Assembly: GCA_963845145.1 (NCBI GenBank)
Contig: CAWJQU010000002.1
Span: forward strand, 416,001 to 480,000
Length of the DNA stretch: 64,000 bases
Direction: 5' to 3'
Source: an uncultured delta proteobacterium
GTDB lineage: Bacteria; Desulfobacterota; Desulfobacteria; Desulfobacterales; QNYZ01
Numbering within the stretch: position 1 is the stretch's first letter; each line of letters opens with the position of its first letter. Shown in pieces: positions 58,936-64,000 of this stretch. The notes under the pieces were generated by a model, which saw only the letters and a program-made list of their open reading frames with translations, was not told the DNA's origin and did no database searches. The position numbers were made by a program, and so were the translations under genes.

Positions 58936-61221
58936 TTATTGAGACAATACCGCCCGCGCCTCATCGGCCCGGCTAAATTGACTGTCCAGAGAAAGCGCTT
59001 TGGTTAACAAGTTTCGCGCCCGTTCCTTGTCCCCCTTTTGATGATACGCCATCCCCAGGTGGTAGTTGACATGCGGATTATCAGGCAATTTTCCCAGGGC
59101 GTCTGTCAATTCGGCAATGGCACTGTCGTAGATGCCTTTTTTATAGAAAACCCAGCCCAGGGTATCCATAACGTTTGGATCTTCAGGGTATTTTTCTTTG
59201 GACTTGCGTGCCAGGTTAAGGGCTTTATCCAAATCTTCATTCTTTTCGGCAAGCAAATAGGCCAGATTATTGGCCGCCGGGATAAAGTCAGGGTCGACTT
59301 CAAGGGCCTGGCGGTAATGTTCTTCAGACAGATCAGGTTTTTTTTGCATATCGTAGATCGTGCCCAACATCATGTGGGGTTGGGGCTGGTTGGGGTTTTG
59401 TTTTAAGGCTGCCTTGTATTGGGCGATGGCTTTATCCTGCTCGTTATTCATGCGATGGATCCTGGCCAGGGCATAATAGGGTCGCAAAAAATCCGGGTTT
59501 TCTGTTATGGCGGCCTGATACGCCGTTTGCGCCTCGGACGTCTTTTTTTGGGCCATAAAGACGCCGCCCTTTAGATAATGAACCGCCGCCATAACCGGCG
59601 ACGAATCCTTAACCCGTTCCAGTTGTGCATCGCATTTGGCAAGCGCAGTATCGAATTGTTGGTTGGTCACATGCAATAATATTACCTGGGTAAAGGCGTC
59701 CATCAATTTCGGGTTAATCGCCAGGGCCTTATCAAAATAGGTCAGCGCCTCATCATTGGCTTTCTGAAAGCGGTGTAGCATCCCCATCCGGTAATACCCG
59801 GCCGGGTTTTCCGGCGCCATCCGAATAATCGATTCAAACGCTTCTTTAGCTCGATCGGCATTTCCCTGGTACATATCCGCGTTGCCCTTAATCAGCAATG
59901 CTTGAAGGTTATTGGGATCGATATCAAGAACCGCCTGACTCTCCTTTCGAGCCAGAGCGAAATCACGCTCCTTCGCATAAAGATCGGCCACAATTAATCG
60001 CGCCTTGATATGCTCGGGATTGAGCTCGAGGACCTTGCCAAGCGCTTTTCTCCCCACCAACGCGTCCCCTTTTTTAATGTGCGACAGGCCTTTTAAATAA
60101 TGGGCTTGGACCGAATTGGGTTCTTCTTGAATGAGCTGATCAAGCAACGCAATAGCGTCCGGGTATTGGCGGTTGACAAGCTGGATCTCTGCCTTGAGCA
60201 GCAGGGCCGGAAAATATTTGGGCCTTTTTTCTAAAATGGCACCTAAAGTGTTCTCGGCCTTTTCCAGCGCTTTACGTTCAAAATGAAATTGGGCCACCGC
60301 GTAAAGTATACGCACATCTTCCGGTTCAATTTCGAGGGCCTTTGTGTACATGCCCAAAGCGTCATCAGGCTGATCGATCGTATCGTAAAAGCGCCCCGCC
60401 ACCATGTAAGGCCTGATGGTATCGGGGGCCTTGGCGATGGCGTCCAGATAGGCCTTTTCCGCGGCGGCCATATTTTCATTGCGGGTATAGAAATCACCCA
60501 ACACAATCAACAAGTCCGTATTTTCCGGATGCTGGTCAATAACACCCGTCAACACTGCTTCGGCACGATCGATTTCATTTTTAGCGATATAAAATCGAAC
60601 CAAAGATAACTGGGGGTCGATGGCTGCCGGGTCGACGGCGATGGCCTTTTTTAGCGTTTCTTCAGCTTCGGATAATCGCCCTGAATTCGCGTACACCTGA
60701 GACAGCCCTATATACGCCCGCACCTGTTTTTCATCAATTTCAATAATTTTGTTAAACAGCCGCGAAGCTTCATCCGGTTTTTTTTCTTTAAGATGAAAAC
60801 CCGCCTTGAGATAAAGAGCATCAACGTGGTTGGGCTCTTTGGCCAGGATTTTGTCAATCCGTTCTTTTGATTCTTCCTCTTTATTTGCCAAAGTATAAAA
60901 GGTCGCCAGTTTAAGCGCCACATCCAAATTGTCGGGATCCAGTTTTTCAACCCGCGAAAAAGTGCGGAATGCTTCCTGGGGATTGGCCAGCTTCATATAG
61001 GTTTCCCCAAGGCTCACATACGCTTCTAAGTATTGGGGATCAATCTGGATGGCATTTTTATATTCAATGACGGCGCTTTTGTATTCACCTTTTTCGAAAT
61101 AGGCCTTTCCTCTCTCAAAATGCGATATTTTCTTTTCTTGATCGGATTGGCAGCCGGTAACCAGCATCAGCCCGATGAATAAGGTGACTAAGGTGATAAA
61201 GAAAGTTGCCCTGCGCCCCAT
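58936..61221 (-). CDS. TPR-repeat lipoprotein, PrsT-like (PEP-CTERM system)
   Basis: Lipobox LVTGC, AVIEYKNAIQ, many TPRs, AANNLAYLL...MDTLGWV...YHLGMA; next to a PEP-CTERM gene. Confidence 0.85.
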   Translation of the reverse strand: MGRRATFFITLVTLFIGLMLVTGCQSDQEKKISHFERGKAYFEKGEYKSAVIEYKNAIQIDPQYLEAYVSLGETYMKLANPQEAFRTFSRVEKLDPDNLDVALKLATFYTLANKEEESKERIDKILAKEPNHVDALYLKAGFHLKEKKPDEASRLFNKIIEIDEKQVRAYIGLSQVYANSGRLSEAEETLKKAIAVDPAAIDPQLSLVRFYIAKNEIDRAEAVLTGVIDQHPENTDLLIVLGDFYTRNENMAAAEKAYLDAIAKAPDTIRPYMVAGRFYDTIDQPDDALGMYTKALEIEPEDVRILYAVAQFHFERKALEKAENTLGAILEKRPKYFPALLLKAEIQLVNRQYPDAIALLDQLIQEEPNSVQAHYLKGLSHIKKGDALVGRKALGKVLELNPEHIKARLIVADLYAKERDFALARKESQAVLDIDPNNLQALLIKGNADMYQGNADRAKEAFESIIRMAPENPAGYYRMGMLHRFQKANDEALTYFDKALAINPKLMDAFTQVILLHVTNQQFDTALAKCDAQLERVKDSSPVMAAVHYLKGGVFMAQKKTSEAQTAYQAAITENPDFLRPYYALARIHRMNNEQDKAIAQYKAALKQNPNQPQPHMMLGTIYDMQKKPDLSEEHYRQALEVDPDFIPAANNLAYLLAEKNEDLDKALNLARKSKEKYPEDPNVMDTLGWVFYKKGIYDSAIAELTDALGKLPDNPHVNYHLGMAYHQKGDKERARNLLTKALSLDSQFSRADEARAVLSQ

Positions 61222-61286
61222 ATTTTTACCTCCGGAGTGGGTTGTTTGCGATACATAACAATATTGGGTTTATGGTTAAACCCTGA

Positions 61287-62264
61287 TCAAGGTAACAACA
61301 CTGTTGATCCACTGGTTTTGCGCGCCTCAAGATCCCGGTGCGCTTGAGCGGCATCTTTCAATGGGTACGTTTGCCGAATCTCAATTTTAACAGCCCCGCT
61401 CTCAACCACTTTAAACAGGTCTGCTGCATGAGCTAAAAGATCTTCCCGCTTTTCAGTATAGGTCATTAAACTGGGCCGGGTTAAAAACAACGATCCCCCG
61501 GCAGCCAATTGACCGATATCAAACGGTGGCACGGGAGCAGCGGCTTGGCCAAAAGAGACCATCGTGCCCAATGGTTTCAGGCATCCCAATGATTTAGCAA
61601 AAGTGGGCTCTCCTACAGAATCGTAAACGACGTTCACCCCTTGGTTATCGGTTATCTCTTTGACTTTTTCCAAAAAATCGTCCTCGCTGTAATTTATCGG
61701 ATAATCGCACCCATTCGCCTGGGCCAGTACCGCTTTTTCCTTCGACCCGACCGTACCGATCACCGTGGCGCCCAGATGTTTCGCCCACTGGCAAAGAATT
61801 GTCCCAACGCCGCCGGCCGCCGCCTGAACCAATATGGTATCACCCGCTTTCACCGGATAACAACCAAAAAGCAGGTATCTGGCTGTCATCCCCTGTAGCA
61901 TCATCGCTGCGGCCTGGTTATAAGATATGGCCTTCGGCAGTTTAACCAGCCGATGGGCAGGCATTAAGCGCTCCTCGGCATAAGCCCCTGGGGGGACGCC
62001 TGCGTAGGCGACACGATCACCTGTTTCAAACGCATCAACATCCGCCCCCACCGCAACAACCGTTCCCGCGCCTTCCAGACCTAATACAGAGGGTAATTGG
62101 GGTAACGGATACAGGCCGGTACGGTGGTAAACATCGATAAAATTTAACCCCACGGCTTCGTGACGAAGATGCACCTCGCCAGGCCCCGGATCGTGCAGAT
62201 CAATTTTTTCCCACTGCAATACCTCGGGGCTTCCAGTCAAGTGAATGCGAATGGCATTGGTCAT
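61287..62264 (-). CDS. qor: Quinone oxidoreductase (zeta-crystallin family)
   Basis: GLNFIDVYHRTG, LGLEGAG, QAAAGGVG, VVYDSVG, FLTRPSL. Confidence 0.93.
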   Translation of the reverse strand: MTNAIRIHLTGSPEVLQWEKIDLHDPGPGEVHLRHEAVGLNFIDVYHRTGLYPLPQLPSVLGLEGAGTVVAVGADVDAFETGDRVAYAGVPPGAYAEERLMPAHRLVKLPKAISYNQAAAMMLQGMTARYLLFGCYPVKAGDTILVQAAAGGVGTILCQWAKHLGATVIGTVGSKEKAVLAQANGCDYPINYSEDDFLEKVKEITDNQGVNVVYDSVGEPTFAKSLGCLKPLGTMVSFGQAAAPVPPFDIGQLAAGGSLFLTRPSLMTYTEKREDLLAHAADLFKVVESGAVKIEIRQTYPLKDAAQAHRDLEARKTSGSTVLLP

Positions 62265-62475
62265 CTTGGCCTCCTTTCATGGTGAATTTTTTATTGGAAA
62301 ATTCCAGAAGACAGAACAATCGATTTGGCGAACCAACCCCTCATCCGGATCTAATCTTGATTTTGAGACTTCCTCTATTGACTTCCCTAAGTTATGTGTA
62401 AAATTAGTAATATTCGAAACCATGTCAATAAGTGGGTCAACCAATAATAAAAAAAGGATGAAAAGGGGAAACCAA

Positions 62476-62661
62476 ATGTTAAGTACTGATAAAATCACAG
62501 CCGCATTCAATGCCATTTGTGAAGAAGCCGAAAATTTGAGGGGCAGTACGGAATCCAGCGAAATCAAGGACGGATTGGCTCGAATCATTTCGATTGCCAA
62601 ACATCAAAATGATGTTCGCAGCGCCACCAAAGGCAGTTGCACAGCGTCGCATTCAAGTTAA
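62476..62661 (+). CDS. Small hypothetical protein (61 aa)
   Basis: AAGGGG upstream of ATG 62476; two amphipathic helices, IISIAKHQNDVR. Confidence 0.6.
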   Translation: MLSTDKITAAFNAICEEAENLRGSTESSEIKDGLARIISIAKHQNDVRSATKGSCTASHSS

Positions 62662-62766
62662 GTGACGATTACTTACCTTGACGGGCGTATGAAGTAAACC
62701 TTTTTAAAAATGAACAATATTAGGGTGCCAAGTAAATAAAAACGTATTTACTTTCTGATTTCGCTC

Positions 62767-63900
62767 GTGTTAATTTTCTTTTCACCGGAGATTGGGAGCA
62801 GCCCAATATTCATTCCGGGAGAGCTAATTTACAAAGAACCCTACATTCAAGCTGAACCGGAGAATCGACCTATCGCCGCTGAAAACAAACATAATGCGCT
62901 GACGGATGTGGGCGGCATCAGGGTGGGACATTACAGTGATGCCCACGCCGCCAGCGGCGTTACTGTGGTTATTTGTGAACAAGGTGCCGTAGCCGGTGTG
63001 GATGTTCGCGGAGCCGCGCCAGGCACGCGGGAGACAGACCTTCTGGCACCGATAAACCTGGTTGAAAAAGTGCAGGCGATTGTACTGTCGGGCGGTTCTG
63101 TTTTTGGCCTGGCCGCAGCCGATGGTGTGGTACGATGGTTGTACGAAAAGGGCATCGGTTTTCCCCTGGACGATACGCAAGTAGCGCCGATAGTTCCAGC
63201 CGCGGTGTTATATGATCTGGGACGAGGGGATCTATTTGTTCCTCCCATTTGCGCCGATTGGGGCAAAAAGGCATGCCAATCGGCCAATTCGGGACCGGTC
63301 GAGTTGGGTTCCGTGGGGGCCGGCACCGGGGCATTGTCGGGCGGCATCAAAGGCGGATTGGGTACCGCTGCGATGGTCACTGATTCCGGGCTCACAGTGG
63401 CGGCGTTGATAGCCGTCAATTCCCTTGGATCGGTCATCGATTCAGAAAATGGCCGGCCATGGGAAGTCCGCTTGGAAATCGATGGGGAGTTTGGCGCCCA
63501 GGGAAAACGGGCGGTTAACCTGCCGCCCCCTCAACCACCGGCAGCGGCCCAAAATACAACCATCGGCGTTGTCGCCACCGACGCCATTCTGACCAAGGCC
63601 CAAGCCCAAAAAATTGCCCAGATGGCTCAGGATGGGCTGGCCCGAGCCATTCGACCCGCCCATACAATGTTTGACGGTGATACCATTTTTTGCCTTGGGA
63701 CGGGCAAAAAACAATTACCTGAAATGCCGGGTTTTTTCACTGCCCCCCACGCACCGATATTGAACGAATTGGGTGAGGCCGCGGCCAATTGTGTATCCCG
63801 GGCCATCATCAGGGGCATTTTAACGGCGAAGAGTCTGAATAATATGGTGGCTTTTAATGAACTTAAAAACCGCATCAATTTAAACACCGAGGTAACCTAA
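62767..63900 (+). CDS. P1/S58 (DmpA-like) peptidase
   Basis: LTDVGGIRVGH, DVRGAAPGTRETDLL, GGSVFGL, QNTTIGVVATDA, HTMFDGDTIF; start uncertain. Confidence 0.9.
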   Translation: MLIFFSPEIGSSPIFIPGELIYKEPYIQAEPENRPIAAENKHNALTDVGGIRVGHYSDAHAASGVTVVICEQGAVAGVDVRGAAPGTRETDLLAPINLVEKVQAIVLSGGSVFGLAAADGVVRWLYEKGIGFPLDDTQVAPIVPAAVLYDLGRGDLFVPPICADWGKKACQSANSGPVELGSVGAGTGALSGGIKGGLGTAAMVTDSGLTVAALIAVNSLGSVIDSENGRPWEVRLEIDGEFGAQGKRAVNLPPPQPPAAAQNTTIGVVATDAILTKAQAQKIAQMAQDGLARAIRPAHTMFDGDTIFCLGTGKKQLPEMPGFFTAPHAPILNELGEAAANCVSRAIIRGILTAKSLNNMVAFNELKNRINLNTEVT

Positions 63901-63915
63901 ATGCAAAAGGAGGAG

Positions 63916-64000
63916 ATGATGAAAAGAGCGGTATTCGTTTTTATAGCCATTATGCTGATGGCCGCACCCATCGCTGTTTGGGCAGACACACCGACCAAAG
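63916..64000 (+). CDS. Secreted protein, N-terminus only (runs off the window)
   Basis: AGGAGG RBS; MMKRAVFVFIAIMLMAAPIAVWA-DTPTK signal peptide. Confidence 0.7.
   Translation, partial: MMKRAVFVFIAIMLMAAPIAVWADTPTK

Overview
A gene-dense chromosomal window that looks like a sulfate-reducing deltaproteobacterium (Desulfobacterales-like; inferred from gene content, not from a search). It holds about 50 CDSs and one tRNA-Gln(TTG). Ordinary content: the ispE-tRNA-prs-rplY-pth-hppA-carD-rluD run, two tripartite RND efflux operons, nifU-nifS, ihfA, pyrC, vapBC, sfsA, yaaA and qor. Notable content: (1) a sigma-54-driven cassette of a VIT-vWA protein with a GlyGly-CTERM tail plus a rhombosortase, opposite a divergent enhancer-binding protein; the target gene is split by an apparent 1-nt frameshift that removes the sorting signal. 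(2) A Bcp/PrxQ peroxiredoxin with an in-frame UGA at the catalytic position, a SECIS-like hairpin and no cysteine; the ORF track misses its N-terminus. (3) A glycogen cluster with a eukaryote-like 1465-aa bifunctional debranching enzyme and a GH13_8-like branching enzyme. (4) An uncharacterised three-gene helical/membrane operon (33413-37133). (5) A 101-bp MITE-like element with terminal inverted repeats and a 4-bp target duplication. (6) A PEP-CTERM gene with a sigma-54 promoter next to a PrsT-like TPR lipoprotein. No CRISPR array, rRNA, transposase or prophage was seen. All family calls come from motif recognition by eye; no database search was run.
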